32,643 nt of DNA from a virus (taxonomy: Duplodnaviria; Caudoviricetes): positions 1-32,643 of the IMG/VR virus record IMGVR_UViG_3300031953_000073; one strand, given 5' to 3'. Position 1 is the stretch's first letter, and each line of letters opens with the position of its first letter. The position numbers were made by a program, and so were the translations under genes. Positions 32,642 to 32,643 of the stretch are shown piece by piece. The notes under the pieces are model-generated. The model saw nothing but the letters and a program-made list of their open reading frames with translations. It did no database searches and had not been told where the DNA came from.

Positions 32642-32643
32642 GG

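Larger units (their letters stand above)
1..32643. mobile_element. Tailed bacteriophage genome (siphovirus-like, probably actinobacterial host), near-complete
   Basis: Full head-tail-lysis module on the - strand and a replication module on the + strand; no host housekeeping genes; both ends are non-coding and share a repeat motif. Confidence 0.96.

Overview
This window is a near-complete or complete genome of a high-GC tailed phage (siphovirus gene set). Its gene content, leaderless promoters and GAAAGG ribosome-binding sites point to an actinobacterial host (inference). The left arm (about 100-11590, mostly + strand) carries early and replication genes: a primase-polymerase/SF3 helicase fusion, a PD-(D/E)XK exonuclease, a putative SSB, an endonuclease VII, many small hypothetical genes, and a reverse-strand operon of a ribbon-helix-helix (RHH) protein and a MazG-like protein. 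The right arm (32511 down to 11619, - strand) carries terminases, portal, MuF-like protein, M23 endolysin, scaffold, major capsid, head-tail connectors, major tail, frameshifted tail chaperones, tape measure, FN3-rich tail protein, Dit/hub, tail fibre and holin-like genes. I recognised no integrase, HTH repressor or separate DNA polymerase. The most notable non-coding signals are: (1) a tRNA-like cloverleaf starting at the predicted +1 of a promoter in front of the SSB-like gene; (2) three early promoters sharing a spacer motif, two of them inside a 78-bp duplication; (3) an overlapping divergent promoter pair with twin palindromes; (4) a fixed-spacing TTAGC-N4-CGAAAA-N6-GCTWA motif at both window ends; (5) five copies of ACCCCCGAAA just before start codons. 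Two small genes (the RHH protein and a Zn-ribbon protein) and the true frame of the second tail chaperone are missing from the supplied ORF track. All product calls come from motif recognition and gene order; no database search was run.
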